A DNA stretch of 64,000 nucleotides, taken from positions 26,555 to 90,554 of the forward strand of contig JBGVOQ010000017.1 in assembly GCA_045126575.1 (NCBI GenBank), read 5' to 3'. Within the stretch, counting starts at the first letter, position 1; each line of letters opens with the position of its first letter. Shown here one piece after another: positions 18,392-28,614 of this stretch. The stretch comes from Candidatus Onthoplasma sp. (GTDB lineage Bacteria; Bacillota; Clostridia; Christensenellales; UBA1242). The position numbers and the translations under genes were made by a program. Below the pieces are notes generated by a model. It made no database searches. It saw only the letters and a list, made by a program, of their open reading frames with translations, and was not told the origin of the DNA.

Positions 18392-19495
18392 TTACTTTGT
18401 ATGCGACTTTTTTAAATATTCATTAATTAGAGGTTGCAAATTGCCGTCCATAACATCTTGCACGTCACTTGTTTCATAATCTGTACGATGGTCTTTTACC
18501 ATAGTGTAAGGCTGGAACACATAACTTCGTATTTGGCTACCCCACTCAATCTTTTTTAATTCACCTTTAATTTCCTTTAACTTTTGTTGTTCTTGCTCTA
18601 TTTTCATTGCTAGTAATTTACTTTTTAAAATTCTAAGCGCATTTTCACGATTTTGCAATTGACTACGTTCGTTTTGGCAAGTTACCACAATACCTGTTGG
18701 CAAGTGAGTTATTCGCACCGCCGAATCGGTGGTATTAACGTGCTGACCGCCAGCGCCTGAACTTCGATATGTGTCAACCTTCAACTCATCACTGCTAACC
18801 GCTATTTCCGATTCGCTGGTAAGCTCTGGCGAAACTTCCACACTAGCAAAGGTTGTGTGCCTACGTTTAGATGAATCAAATGGCGAAATTCTAACCAGTC
18901 TGTGAACTCCCTTTTCGCTATTAAGCTTGCCATACGCATACTCGCCTTTGGCTATAAATGTTATGCTCTTTAAACCAACGCCACCACCATCAACACTATC
19001 CACAACAACCGTGTCAATATTGTTGCTAGCGCAGTACATGTTATACATTCGGTACAACATACTAACCCAATCTTGCGACTCAGTTCCACCGGCGCCTGAA
19101 TGAATGGTTATAATTGCATTGCATGTATCATATTTACCGTCCATAAGTGTTCTAACGCTAAGGCCTTCAATCTCATCACTTAGGTTTACAATTTCACAAT
19201 ATATTTCATTTAATCCGGACAAATCCTGACTTTGCTCCATCATTTGCTTTAATTCAGTTAAGCCGGCAAGGCGATTTTGCAAATTATTAACCTTGTCAAA
19301 CAATGTTTGCAAACTTTTAATTTCCTTGTTGGTGTTCATAGCAAAATCAACATTGGACCAAAACGACATAGACTCACGCTCTTTTAGCAAATCTGCCAAT
19401 CTTAAAGATTGCTGCTTTAGGTTTAAACACGTTTTGGTAAGTTCAAATTTTTCAATCAATTCGCCAATTTCTTGTTCAATGTTTTCAATATTCAT
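18392..19495 (-). CDS. prfB: Peptide chain release factor 2, encoded as one uninterrupted frame
   Basis: SPF tripeptide (RISPFDS) and GGQ (SGAGGQHVN). Start taken at ATG 19495 after GGAGGGG; the ORF-track N-terminal extension lacks an RBS. Confidence 0.9.
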   Translation of the reverse strand: MNIENIEQEIGELIEKFELTKTCLNLKQQSLRLADLLKERESMSFWSNVDFAMNTNKEIKSLQTLFDKVNNLQNRLAGLTELKQMMEQSQDLSGLNEIYCEIVNLSDEIEGLSVRTLMDGKYDTCNAIITIHSGAGGTESQDWVSMLYRMYNMYCASNNIDTVVVDSVDGGGVGLKSITFIAKGEYAYGKLNSEKGVHRLVRISPFDSSKRRHTTFASVEVSPELTSESEIAVSSDELKVDTYRSSGAGGQHVNTTDSAVRITHLPTGIVVTCQNERSQLQNRENALRILKSKLLAMKIEQEQQKLKEIKGELKKIEWGSQIRSYVFQPYTMVKDHRTDYETSDVQDVMDGNLQPLINEYLKKSHTK

Positions 19496-19586
19496 AAGCC
19501 CCTCCGCCTTTATATAAAGTATATAAAAACATACCTTAAATGTCAAAGAAAAAAAATAAAAACCTTAAAAGGTCTTTATTTTTACA

Positions 19587-20354
19587 TTATTTATTATTGG
19601 TATTTTCCTGCGATTCAATCTCATGAGTCATTTGTTTGATAAGTGTAGGCTCTTCAGGTTCCTCACCTTGCGGTACATACACTTCAGGCACTACTGGCTG
19701 ACTAGTTGCCTCAGAGTTTTGAGCTGGTGCGGATTTTGTGTTTGCTGTAGATCTACCTTTAAAAAATTCCACATTTCTAATCCACACAAATAGTTTGATT
19801 TTGCTCTTGTACACCCAATTTAACAACAAGTACGCTATCACACCACCAACCAATCCTACGGCAATACCACCTAGGCAATCGCTAAAGTAATGAACCATTA
19901 AATAAATTCGGCTACTTGCCATTATTAGCGGTAAAAACATTATTGGCCAGTTGTGCTTTTTGTTAGTGGTCAACATCACAGCCATTGAAAAAGCCATCGC
20001 CGCCGTAACGTGTCCTGAAGGGAATGAATATCCACTTTCAAACTTACCATTGGAGCCCGCCCACCACAATTCAAACTGTGAACTTGCCTGAAATGGCCTA
20101 ACACGCTGTGCTATATTCTTTAATAATAAATTGCTTACCACAAAACCTATTGCGATTGACAAGATTATTGTTCCACCAACTTTCCTTGTACGTTTAAATA
20201 GTGCAAGACCAAATCCAATTAATAAAAACAATGCTCCATATTCGCCAATATAACTGATTATTTTCATTACCACATTGGTAAATTCACCACCCCATAAGTA
20301 CAATTTATGGAATAATTCTGCAAAGAAATAATCGACTTTATTTATAAATTCCAT
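19587..20354 (-). CDS. PAP2 family phosphatase (undecaprenyl-diphosphatase-like)
   Basis: KxxxxxxRP (KNIAQRVRP), PSGH and SRxxxxxHxxxD (SRIYLMVHYFSD) motifs. Multi-pass membrane protein. Confidence 0.8.
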   Translation of the reverse strand: MEFINKVDYFFAELFHKLYLWGGEFTNVVMKIISYIGEYGALFLLIGFGLALFKRTRKVGGTIILSIAIGFVVSNLLLKNIAQRVRPFQASSQFELWWAGSNGKFESGYSFPSGHVTAAMAFSMAVMLTTNKKHNWPIMFLPLIMASSRIYLMVHYFSDCLGGIAVGLVGGVIAYLLLNWVYKSKIKLFVWIRNVEFFKGRSTANTKSAPAQNSEATSQPVVPEVYVPQGEEPEEPTLIKQMTHEIESQENTNNK

Positions 20355-21655
20355 TATTTATCCTCCGTTGACTTTTTTTCACCGCTGCAAACAATAAATA
20401 ATAATGAAATTAATATCGGCAACGATGTGTATAAACTACATGTAATATCTTCAGACAAACCGTTAGTCATAATCAAAATAATAGGTAGATATGTGGCAAT
20501 GTTTCGTGAAAATCGTTTGCTTTTTAATATCCAAATCACGCATCCAACTAGTAAAATAGTTCCAACTATACCAAACTTATATAATATTGATAAATATATA
20601 TTGTGTGTTGTGCGTTCGTTTATATTGTCCGCAGTAATTCCGCACCCAAACAACATATATAGTGGCGAACTTGTCCATTTATCGATATATGATTTCCATA
20701 TATCTACACGGCCTGTTGTTGCCACATTTAGCACTCCACCCGAATAAGACGAATCATCTAAAAATCGTTTGATAATTGCTATAATGTACCCTCTAAAAAC
20801 AACTGTTAATATTGCTAAGCCTATTACGCCAATCATCAAAAATTTTATGTATTGCTTTTTGTTGTTACTTTTTGCAAAACCAATTATTACAGCCAACATA
20901 TATGATAACATTGTAAGCAATATAAAGGTCTTTGAAAATGTTAAAAGTCCGATAAGTGTTATTATAAGCAATATTGGCAAATATCTTTTAATATTTAATT
21001 TCTTTAACAACATTAATGCTAATATAAATGTCTGGCACAATGAGCAATACATTGCCAAAGCATTTATGTTAGAGAAGTATCCTCCAAATCTAAACCTAGT
21101 GCTGGCATCTGATATGAATGGTGGATAGGTTGCAACACCACAAAAATAAGCAATCAAGGATAGTATTGTTGATGATATTAATCCTAAACTTAATATTAAA
21201 ACCAACTTTTTAAAATCTACTTTTTCAACTAAATATACCACAGCAATTGTTAGAATTAAACCTATGCTTTGACCAAGTTTATAAAAATGAAATTTTGTTA
21301 AAATCAAGCCGTACAATGTTAAAATTGCCAATAAGCAAACGGTTGCGTAAATAAATTTAACTCTTTTTTTATCCTTACCCTTTATTGATAAAACTAGATA
21401 TTTTAGAATAATTAATGCCAAAACCGCTGCATATATTGACAAGAACAACGCAGTTAGCCCACTAGCACCTGTAAAACATACCGAAAAGGCTAAAAAACAT
21501 AATAAATCGCTGTCATTTAATAGCAGTACTGCAAGGAATGATAGTAAACCCAAAACCGCTACAAGCCCTGTAGTTAAAGGCATTAAAAATGCAAAAAAAG
21601 CATACGCAATTAATAGATAATAAAGTGATTGATTAGATTTTGCTTGTAAAATCAT
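20354..21655 (-). CDS. O-antigen ligase/polymerase-like (Wzy_C) integral membrane protein
   Basis: About 10-12 TM helices with a large periplasmic-type loop near the C-terminus (TTGRVDIW...HNIYLSILYKFG). TAATG overlap with the downstream PAP2 gene. Confidence 0.65.
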   Translation of the reverse strand: MILQAKSNQSLYYLLIAYAFFAFLMPLTTGLVAVLGLLSFLAVLLLNDSDLLCFLAFSVCFTGASGLTALFLSIYAAVLALIILKYLVLSIKGKDKKRVKFIYATVCLLAILTLYGLILTKFHFYKLGQSIGLILTIAVVYLVEKVDFKKLVLILSLGLISSTILSLIAYFCGVATYPPFISDASTRFRFGGYFSNINALAMYCSLCQTFILALMLLKKLNIKRYLPILLIITLIGLLTFSKTFILLTMLSYMLAVIIGFAKSNNKKQYIKFLMIGVIGLAILTVVFRGYIIAIIKRFLDDSSYSGGVLNVATTGRVDIWKSYIDKWTSSPLYMLFGCGITADNINERTTHNIYLSILYKFGIVGTILLVGCVIWILKSKRFSRNIATYLPIILIMTNGLSEDITCSLYTSLPILISLLFIVCSGEKKSTEDK

Positions 21656-21823
21656 ACTGCCCTCTACATATTACTTAAAAATATTTATAATATATTATCA
21701 CAAAATGATTTTATAGTCAATAAATATTAACCCTTAAATAAAGCGTGTAAACCGTATTAAATATTATAAAGTTTAGGTTCAATAAAAAATGTGCCAAATA
21801 ATATTTTGACACACCTTTAATTA

Positions 21824-21991
21824 TTAGTTGTTATCAATAGCGCCTACTGGGCAGATTGACATGCAAGTACCACATTTAATGCATTTTTTGTTATCAATTT
21901 GAGCCTTGCCGCCCTTCATTGCAATAGCGCCTACTGGGCACATTGAAGCACATGCTCCGCAGCCTAAACATTTATCTTTGTTTACCTTCAT
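21824..21991 (-). CDS. 2x[4Fe-4S] ferredoxin (55 aa)
   Basis: CLGCGACASMCP and CIKCGTCMSICP. AAGGAG RBS before ATG 21991. A terminator hairpin lies at about 21788-21822. Confidence 0.85.
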   Translation of the reverse strand: MKVNKDKCLGCGACASMCPVGAIAMKGGKAQIDNKKCIKCGTCMSICPVGAIDNN

Positions 21992-22038
21992 AATATTTCT
22001 CCTTGTTACATATATATTATCAATTTTGTTTACTTTTG

Positions 22039-22974
22039 TCAAATAATGCTAACAATAATTTCAAATGTTAAGTCAGGGCGCTCAAGCGGTACGACATATA
22101 ATGTTGTAGTTCCTTTACGCAATGCCTTTATTGTAATGGTTGGCGAGTTGAATTTTATAACCTCAACCACATCACCATCGGTCCAGCAATCAATCGCTTG
22201 GTTTCTATCTAGATTTACCAATGTGTATCCAATGTCAAAGTTGTATTGAGAATATTTCTTTTCTACAACGTTATCGCTTAAAACCTGACCGCCTAAAGTC
22301 AATTTTAGTTCCACTTTGGCGTTTACAACGCTTGGATTTATCTTAAGCGATATTTCCTGACAAATTGTTATGTCATTATCTTTTAATACAATGGTTATCT
22401 TAGTATCACCTTGCTTAAGTGGCGTTATAATCCCATTATTGTACTTCAAGTTTTCATCACACTCTACCGTAATACTACTATTGGCACTTTTCTTGATTCC
22501 TACTATTTTATCCAGCGCTATGTCCTCGTCTATATACAAGTTGCTAACATTTAATTTTTGAATATAAAAGCTAGTTGTTTCTCTTGGAGTATCTACCACA
22601 TCAATAGTTAAGCGGTCTTCGTTATAATACGTATCACCCGACTTAACTCTACATATCAAAATATACTTACCCTCATCTTCAAACTTGTGAGTTGTTTCAC
22701 TGATTTGAGTTTCTCCACTTTGACCGTACCTTTTAAACCAAAATTCTGGCACCAATGTGCAGTCGGCAGGCTTAATGGTTACCAAATCCTTGCTAAGCAC
22801 AATCTTGTTTTGGCTATAAATCTCTACCGCTCCGGCAGTGGTTTTAAATTTTACACTAGTTGCATAAATTTCCTTATCTCTTGGCTTGTTAATGGCTTTA
22901 ACTACTAGTATTATTGCAGTTATAATTATAATAACCATTGCCACAATCGACAAATTTCGACAAATCTTTTTCAT
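22039..22974 (-). CDS. Membrane-anchored protein with bacterial Ig-like (Big_2-type) repeats
   Basis: N-terminal TM helix, beta-rich repeats (for example ITPLKQGDTKITIV and IKALRKGTTTLYVV). Uses a TGA stop. Confidence 0.55.
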   Translation of the reverse strand: MKKICRNLSIVAMVIIIITAIILVVKAINKPRDKEIYATSVKFKTTAGAVEIYSQNKIVLSKDLVTIKPADCTLVPEFWFKRYGQSGETQISETTHKFEDEGKYILICRVKSGDTYYNEDRLTIDVVDTPRETTSFYIQKLNVSNLYIDEDIALDKIVGIKKSANSSITVECDENLKYNNGIITPLKQGDTKITIVLKDNDITICQEISLKINPSVVNAKVELKLTLGGQVLSDNVVEKKYSQYNFDIGYTLVNLDRNQAIDCWTDGDVVEVIKFNSPTITIKALRKGTTTLYVVPLERPDLTFEIIVSII

Positions 22975-23108
22975 GGTTATATGATAAACTAATTTTAATA
23001 TAATATCAAATGAAAATATAAGGTTTGTTTTAAATTACCATATTTTTTACAATTTTCACAATGTATTAGTAATTGACAAATCCTATTAAAGTTGATACAC
23101 TTGTATGT

Positions 23109-23975
23109 ATGAATTGTAACATGTGTCCACGAAAATGCAATGTCAATCGCAGCGTTAATCTTGGATTTTGTAACGCTAGCAATGATATAAAAATTGCAAA
23201 ATATATGCCTCACTTTTGGGAGGAACCTATTATATCCGGCACTCATGGCAGTGGCGCAATATTTTTTTCGCACTGCAATTTAAAATGTGTGTATTGCCAA
23301 AATGCGCAAATCAGCCATTATGGTGAAGGTAAATATTTCTCGGTTGAACAGTTTGTGGATATTGTAAAGCAGTTGGAAAATTTAGGCGTGCATAACATTA
23401 ATCTTGTAACACCCTCTCATTACACCGAACAAATAATATCTGCATTTGAAATATATAAGCCTAGCATTCCAATTGTATGGAATAGCAATGGCTATGAAAG
23501 CGTTGAAACAATCAGACGCCTTAAGGGCATTGTTGATATATATCTAGTTGATATGAAATATATGGATAGCGATTTGGCTTTAACATTATCCAAAGCTAAA
23601 GATTATCCACAGGTTTGCCAGCAAGCCATAATTCAAATGCGCAAAAACCAGCCTAAGGATATTATCAAAAATGGGATTATGAAAAAAGGCGTTATAGTCC
23701 GCCACCTAGTACTACCCAATGAAGTGCAGAATAGTTTTGATGTTCTGAACTGGATACATTCTAATATGGGCAATCAAACCTACGTAAGCCTTATGGGACA
23801 ATACACTCCTTATCATTTGGCAAAAGCCATGCCTAAATACAACCGGCCACTTAAACCTATTGAGTACAAGCGTGTAGTTAATCATCTTAACAAATTGGGA
23901 TTTGAAAACGGCTTTGTACAGGAATTATCTAGCGCAAGCGAAGCATTTATCCCGGATTTTGACAACAAAAACTAA
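23109..23975 (+). CDS. Radical SAM protein, PflA/PflX-like activase family
   Basis: CNLKCVYCQN (CxxxCxxC) plus an N-terminal CMNCNMCPRKC cluster. Start chosen at ATG 23109; the ORF track begins at TTG 23073. Confidence 0.75.
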   Translation: MNCNMCPRKCNVNRSVNLGFCNASNDIKIAKYMPHFWEEPIISGTHGSGAIFFSHCNLKCVYCQNAQISHYGEGKYFSVEQFVDIVKQLENLGVHNINLVTPSHYTEQIISAFEIYKPSIPIVWNSNGYESVETIRRLKGIVDIYLVDMKYMDSDLALTLSKAKDYPQVCQQAIIQMRKNQPKDIIKNGIMKKGVIVRHLVLPNEVQNSFDVLNWIHSNMGNQTYVSLMGQYTPYHLAKAMPKYNRPLKPIEYKRVVNHLNKLGFENGFVQELSSASEAFIPDFDNKN

Positions 23976-24038
23976 TAATTTTCGACAAATTCTTGTTACA
24001 AGGAAATTAATTTAATATTTTATTAATATAGATAATAT

Positions 24039-24632
24039 ATGAAAATCTCACCAAGAATTTCATATTCGTTTATAGAACCTATTAAACGCCACCGCTCATT
24101 TGTTTGGCTAATGCTTACACTTGTATGTGTATGCATTTTTTGCGCTGTAATGGCAGGTATCAAATTTAATAACAGCACCTTGATAATTAGTTTTAATAAT
24201 GTTACAGTTGTTAAGTTTTTGCGAGGAAGTTCAGGTATGGGCGGTTTGATATTTACCAGCATTTTTAGCGTGCTGATATTCTGTGCCATCATTATATTGT
24301 CCTCATGTAAAAAATACTCTATTAGCATAGGCATATTCTTTTACTGCTACTATGTGTATGTACAAATATTAGTGTTAATTGCCTTTATTTTACAGTACGG
24401 GATAATCAACACTTTGGCAATTGCATTTTGTATGCTGATATTTATGTGCATAACAATATTTTTAATGCTACATTTATTTTTGATTTGCCTAGAATGTCAA
24501 ACTAGTTACCAATACTTTAAAACATCATTAGTTAGCTGCACTCCAATCCTGATTTTTATTATTGTAGAATTAATTATTCAAGCATTAGTATTTTTTGTGT
24601 TAAAAAACTATATAATTGTGTTGGTTTACTAA
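24039..24632 (+). CDS. Multi-pass membrane protein (weak SpoIIM-like layout)
   Basis: Five or six predicted TM helices and no catalytic motif. The SpoIIM resemblance rests only on size and topology. Confidence 0.4.
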   Translation: MKISPRISYSFIEPIKRHRSFVWLMLTLVCVCIFCAVMAGIKFNNSTLIISFNNVTVVKFLRGSSGMGGLIFTSIFSVLIFCAIIILSSCKKYSISIGIFFYCYYVYVQILVLIAFILQYGIINTLAIAFCMLIFMCITIFLMLHLFLICLECQTSYQYFKTSLVSCTPILIFIIVELIIQALVFFVLKNYIIVLVY

Positions 24633-24696
24633 TTATTTTTAGCCAACTACTTGTACAAAACTTTAAAGTTTGTTATAATACTTTAAAGGAGTATAT

Positions 24697-25605
24697 ATGA
24701 GTCCAGAAAATTTGCAAAAATCAATAATCCTAACCGGACCACCATGTGTGGGCAAAAGTTTAATTGCCTCACACCTAGGCGAAAAGTTAAACATGCCGGT
24801 ATTTAATATAGATGATATGCTACTTATGCTGGTTGAGGAACGTGAACATAAAATCGGTCCATCAAAATCCTCTCAAAGGGCATTTATCCAAGATTTGCGT
24901 GAACAAATACTTGAATTTCCTCATTCCAGAAAGTTGTTAACTGACCCTCAATATATCGGCACACAGGAAAAACTTCTTCAAAATCTAGTTGATATTTACA
25001 ACAATATGCGTGCACAATTTGGAGATTTAAAATGCTTTTATAAGGCTGTTGACAAACACATTAATACGCTTGATTTAGATTATGTAAACGTCGATTATCT
25101 AATCGCATCACTTGCAGAAGTTTCAAATATAATGATCGAAATAATCCTTAGCAAATTAGACCAACCTGTAATTATTGACGCACCTGGGTGTTATGGTTGG
25201 CAGTTTGTTAAGCATCTAAGTCTAGATACTAAAATTTTACTACAACGCAACCTTAATATGCGCCCAACACATACCGAAAAACAAATGAATGATACGGTAG
25301 CATCAATGCAATCTATTTTGCTATTGCCAGGTCCTGATATTATTACTCGTATCCCAGAAGATGGCGAACTAGACGCTGAAAAAATGATTCATTCATCATT
25401 AGACGACTTTATGGATACCGACCTTGTTATGCCTGCTAACGAACTATTCTACCCTTCTAGCACAGATTACCTACGCCAACGTAAACTTGCAGACGCTCGT
25501 GAATATTTGGAAAAAGAAAAACTTAAAAACAAAGCAGAAATCACAAATATCTGTGAACAAATAATATCTGGCTTAAATGATTTGCAAGCATACAAAACAT
25601 TATAA
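24697..25605 (+). CDS. P-loop NTPase/kinase-like hypothetical protein
   Basis: Walker A LTGPPCVGKS at the N-terminus and AAGGAG RBS. The rest is unrecognised. Confidence 0.55.
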   Translation: MSPENLQKSIILTGPPCVGKSLIASHLGEKLNMPVFNIDDMLLMLVEEREHKIGPSKSSQRAFIQDLREQILEFPHSRKLLTDPQYIGTQEKLLQNLVDIYNNMRAQFGDLKCFYKAVDKHINTLDLDYVNVDYLIASLAEVSNIMIEIILSKLDQPVIIDAPGCYGWQFVKHLSLDTKILLQRNLNMRPTHTEKQMNDTVASMQSILLLPGPDIITRIPEDGELDAEKMIHSSLDDFMDTDLVMPANELFYPSSTDYLRQRKLADAREYLEKEKLKNKAEITNICEQIISGLNDLQAYKTL

Positions 25606-25673
25606 TTCAAAAATTTAAAACAGCATTTAGCACCCAAAAGGCACCCACTTTTAAAGTGTTAAATGCACTATAT

Positions 25674-25750
25674 GCGAGTGTAGCTCAACTGGATAGAGCA
25701 TCAGTCTTCGGAACTGAGGGTTGGGGATTCGAGCTCCTCCACTCGCACCA
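25674..25750 (+). tRNA. tRNA-Arg (anticodon TCG), CCA encoded
   Basis: Acceptor GCGAGTG/CACTCGC, D arm GCTC/GAGC, anticodon arm TCAGT-CTTCGGA-ACTGA, T arm GGGGA-TTCGAGC-TCCTC, then A-CCA. Confidence 0.9.
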
Positions 25751-25778
25751 AATTATAACTATGAGATTAGGAGATTAT

Positions 25779-26690
25779 ATGAGAAAAATTTATGTTTTAG
25801 AGCACTTTGATTTTACGCCAGAACAAATGAATAGACTTAAATCTTTGGGAGAAGTAGTATATTATCAGAAAGCAAATAAAGAAGAAATTAAAGATGCAGT
25901 AAATAATGCCGATGTCATTTTGCTTGACTGGTTAGATCCGAATCCTATTTTAGTAAATATGAAGAAAGGACAATTTATCTGTTTGCCTTATACAGGATAT
26001 GATTGGGTTGCTAATTTGCAAATTGCAAAGTCTAATGGTGTTATAATTTCTAATACTCCTAATTATTCAACAAATGCAGTTGCGGAACATCATTTGGCAT
26101 TAATTTTAGATTGTGCAAAACATGTTACAAGTTTTAACAATATATATAAATCTGGTGAAAAGGTTGGATTTAATCGTGGTTTGGAATTACAAGGGAAGAA
26201 AGTTGGAATTATAGGTCTTGGCAATATAGGACAAAAGCTTGCTAATTTATTATCAATATTTGGAGTAGAGATTTTTGCATATAATAGAACTCCAAAAAGT
26301 CTTCCAAATATTAAAGATGTCGACTTAACAGCACTGCTTTCAACTTGTGATATTATTTGCAATACTTGTAAACTTACACCACAAACGAGAGATATGATTG
26401 GAATGAAAGAATTAAAGCTTATGAAACCAACAGCAATATTGACTTCAACAACTGGTGGAATTATCAATCTTGATGAACTGAATGAATTTTTAAAATCTAA
26501 TCAATTATTTGGTATAGGTCTTGATGATGTTGACCAACAACAAGTTCCTGCAGAACTACTTATGCATGATAATGTTATTTGCACATATCATAGAGCATAC
26601 GATACAAATGAAAGTGAAAATAACCGAATAAATCTATGTATAGATAGTATTGAAGCATTTTTTGAACATAAACCAATCAATTTGATTTAA
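25779..26690 (+). CDS. D-isomer-specific 2-hydroxyacid dehydrogenase family protein
   Basis: NAD-binding GIIGLGNIGQKLA. AGGAG RBS at 25768-25772, only about 18 nt after the tRNA 3' end. The ORF-track N-terminus (25656-25778) is read-through of the tRNA gene. Confidence 0.8.
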   Translation: MRKIYVLEHFDFTPEQMNRLKSLGEVVYYQKANKEEIKDAVNNADVILLDWLDPNPILVNMKKGQFICLPYTGYDWVANLQIAKSNGVIISNTPNYSTNAVAEHHLALILDCAKHVTSFNNIYKSGEKVGFNRGLELQGKKVGIIGLGNIGQKLANLLSIFGVEIFAYNRTPKSLPNIKDVDLTALLSTCDIICNTCKLTPQTRDMIGMKELKLMKPTAILTSTTGGIINLDELNEFLKSNQLFGIGLDDVDQQQVPAELLMHDNVICTYHRAYDTNESENNRINLCIDSIEAFFEHKPINLI

Positions 26691-26964
26691 AATTCAATAT
26701 AAATTCACAAAAAAGGCACCCGAATTTGAGAAAGGTTTGAGTGTTTGTAAAAAGGCACCCGTTTGGCACCCAAAATATAAAATAGCACCCAACGGCTGTT
26801 AAACTTACTCAAAATTATTGAGAGGTGCGAATTTTACAAATTTTGCGAAAAAATAGTCACTATTTATTGTTGAGATTGTTATTTAAACGCTATAAATACA
26901 CACAGTCAAATGGCTAGGATGTAGAAATCCTGGCTTTTTTGTTATAATTTGTATATATTTTTGT

Positions 26965-26993
26965 TTGACTTGTTGATTATATATTGCTAAAAT
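26965..26993 (+). promoter_or_regulatory. Sigma-A type promoter of the TasA-like gene
   Basis: TTGACT (26965-26970), 17 nt, TAAAAT (26988-26993). Confidence 0.5.
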
Positions 26994-27057
26994 ATTTATA
27001 TATTGATTTATTAGAATGGATAATTATACTTTAATTTGAAATTCTTAGGGGGAATAA

Positions 27058-27813
27058 ATGATAAAAAAGAAGTCGAATTCGCAAAACTTTGTGATTGCAA
27101 TTCTTAGCATACTGCTACTTATATCAATCGCGTTTGGCGTTACATATTCGTATTACAATGGTAAATCCAATTTAATTAAGGGTACTATTACCACGGCAAA
27201 TCTTTCTATTAGATTGTTTGGTCAAAGTAGTTTTGGTCAAACCAGCGAATTTTCAATTTCTGCACCATTTGGTGAAGAATTTTTAGTTCCAGGCAACAAA
27301 CTTAATAATGTGGAACTTAATTTGATTAACAAGTGCACTCAATCTACATATATGGTGGTTGTATACTCGCTTAGCGCATTTAAAAATGACGACACTAAGG
27401 AAGATGTGTCCGATCGTTTAACCAATATGCCTGCAATTTCATTTAAGGATAATGCTGTTAACCCTGAAGTTTGGAAACCTATTTCATATAAATGTGAAAA
27501 AATTAATTCTACATTCACCTGTTTAGTTGGGCTTAATCCCTTTGAACCAATGACAACTAATGACGGCGTAACCGTAAATATCCTTCAACCTAATTCAATC
27601 GAAATTCCTACCGAATGGGATAACGCATTGCAAAATTGCTGTGTTACAATCTCGGTTGTTGCATATGCCGTTCAATCCGATTACTTAGGTGCCGAATATC
27701 TTGACCCAATTATAGCTGCAACAGAAAATAAGGATATGGAAGCCAAGGCTCAAGCAATTGCTAGAGCAACATTACAAATTTGCCAAATAGATGCAGTTGC
27801 TGTTACAGTTTAA
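27058..27813 (+). CDS. Secreted TasA/camelysin-like protein with SipW-class signal peptide pattern
   Basis: The N-terminus has a basic stretch, a hydrophobic stretch and then GVTYSYYNGKSNLIKGTITTANLSI, which mirrors the TasA-type AxFxD...F..GTLDL motif. It is followed by LVPGNKL. GGGGGA RBS. Confidence 0.5.
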   Translation: MIKKKSNSQNFVIAILSILLLISIAFGVTYSYYNGKSNLIKGTITTANLSIRLFGQSSFGQTSEFSISAPFGEEFLVPGNKLNNVELNLINKCTQSTYMVVVYSLSAFKNDDTKEDVSDRLTNMPAISFKDNAVNPEVWKPISYKCEKINSTFTCLVGLNPFEPMTTNDGVTVNILQPNSIEIPTEWDNALQNCCVTISVVAYAVQSDYLGAEYLDPIIAATENKDMEAKAQAIARATLQICQIDAVAVTV

Positions 27814-27861
27814 TATTTAAATACAAAAAAATCACGAGATAATCGTGATTTTTTCATCTTT

Positions 27862-28611
27862 TTAATCCTCTAAAAGCGGGTCGTTAAATCCCATACTTTT
27901 AATTTTGTCCTTTAAACTTCTTAAAAGTCCACTATTGGAAAATGAGTAGTATGTCCTATCGGCAACTATTACATGGTCATCAAACTTAATGCCAAGTGTT
28001 AATGCTGCTTGAATTAATTTACTTGTAGCTTCAACATCTGCATCAGTAGGGTCGCAAATTCCGTTAGGGTGGCTATGCATTACAATAATTGACTTTGTAG
28101 GAATCGAAACAATCTTTTCGGTAAACCATGACATTGGAAAGTTAATAACGGACGGAAAGTTGCTATTAAACTTTACACGTTTAACAAGTTCCTTTTTAGC
28201 ATTTAGGCAAAACACATAAAATGTTTCATTATCGCCAACCCTATCCACTTCCCTAAAATATCTAACGCATTTATGTGAATCATCTAGCAGGATTGCTCCC
28301 ACATTTTTTGATGCGTTATATTTAGCAAACATATCTGGCAATAAGGATAGAAATAATGCCGTTTCCTTGCCTATACCATTAACCTTCATCAATTGCTCAT
28401 ATCCAGCATCTAGCACACCACTAAATGTTCCAAATGTATCAATCAATTCGTGTGCTAGCGGATTAACATCTTTGTATGGCACCGAATATGTTAGCGCCAA
28501 TTCCAAAATTTCGTGATACGGCCATGACTCGATACCTATTTCACGTGCTTTATCCTTAAGGCGCTGACGGTGACCTTTGTGCATTTGTTTTTTCTTTTGC
28601 TCCATAGCCAC
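27862..28611 (-). CDS. radC: RadC-like JAB/MPN domain protein (UPF0758)
   Basis: Helix-hairpin-helix region (LMKVNGIGKETA) and JAMM motif HSHPNGICDPTDAD. Confidence 0.85.
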   Translation of the reverse strand: MAMEQKKKQMHKGHRQRLKDKAREIGIESWPYHEILELALTYSVPYKDVNPLAHELIDTFGTFSGVLDAGYEQLMKVNGIGKETALFLSLLPDMFAKYNASKNVGAILLDDSHKCVRYFREVDRVGDNETFYVFCLNAKKELVKRVKFNSNFPSVINFPMSWFTEKIVSIPTKSIIVMHSHPNGICDPTDADVEATSKLIQAALTLGIKFDDHVIVADRTYYSFSNSGLLRSLKDKIKSMGFNDPLLED

Positions 28612-28614
28612 CTC

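Noticed and set aside
19496-19546. N-terminal extensions in ORF-track models (prfB here; also typA 41658-41864, dnaB 39479-39526, DUF975 43939-43959, ferredoxin 21992-22042, degV 57614-57685, DUF378 46389-46589)
   Set aside because: In each case an internal ATG preceded by a strong GGAGG-type RBS coincides with the conserved family N-terminus. The extensions lack an RBS or overlap upstream genes or promoters.
22039-22041. Alternative genetic code (TGA reassignment) suggested by the near absence of TGA stops
   Set aside because: The 311-aa Ig-like protein ends with a TGA stop. RF2 is present and intact, and all conserved proteins translate full length with the standard code.
25656-25778. N-terminal 41 codons of the ORF-track dehydrogenase ORF
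   Set aside because: This part is the tRNA-Arg(TCG) gene read in frame. The real start is ATG 25779 behind an AGGAG RBS.
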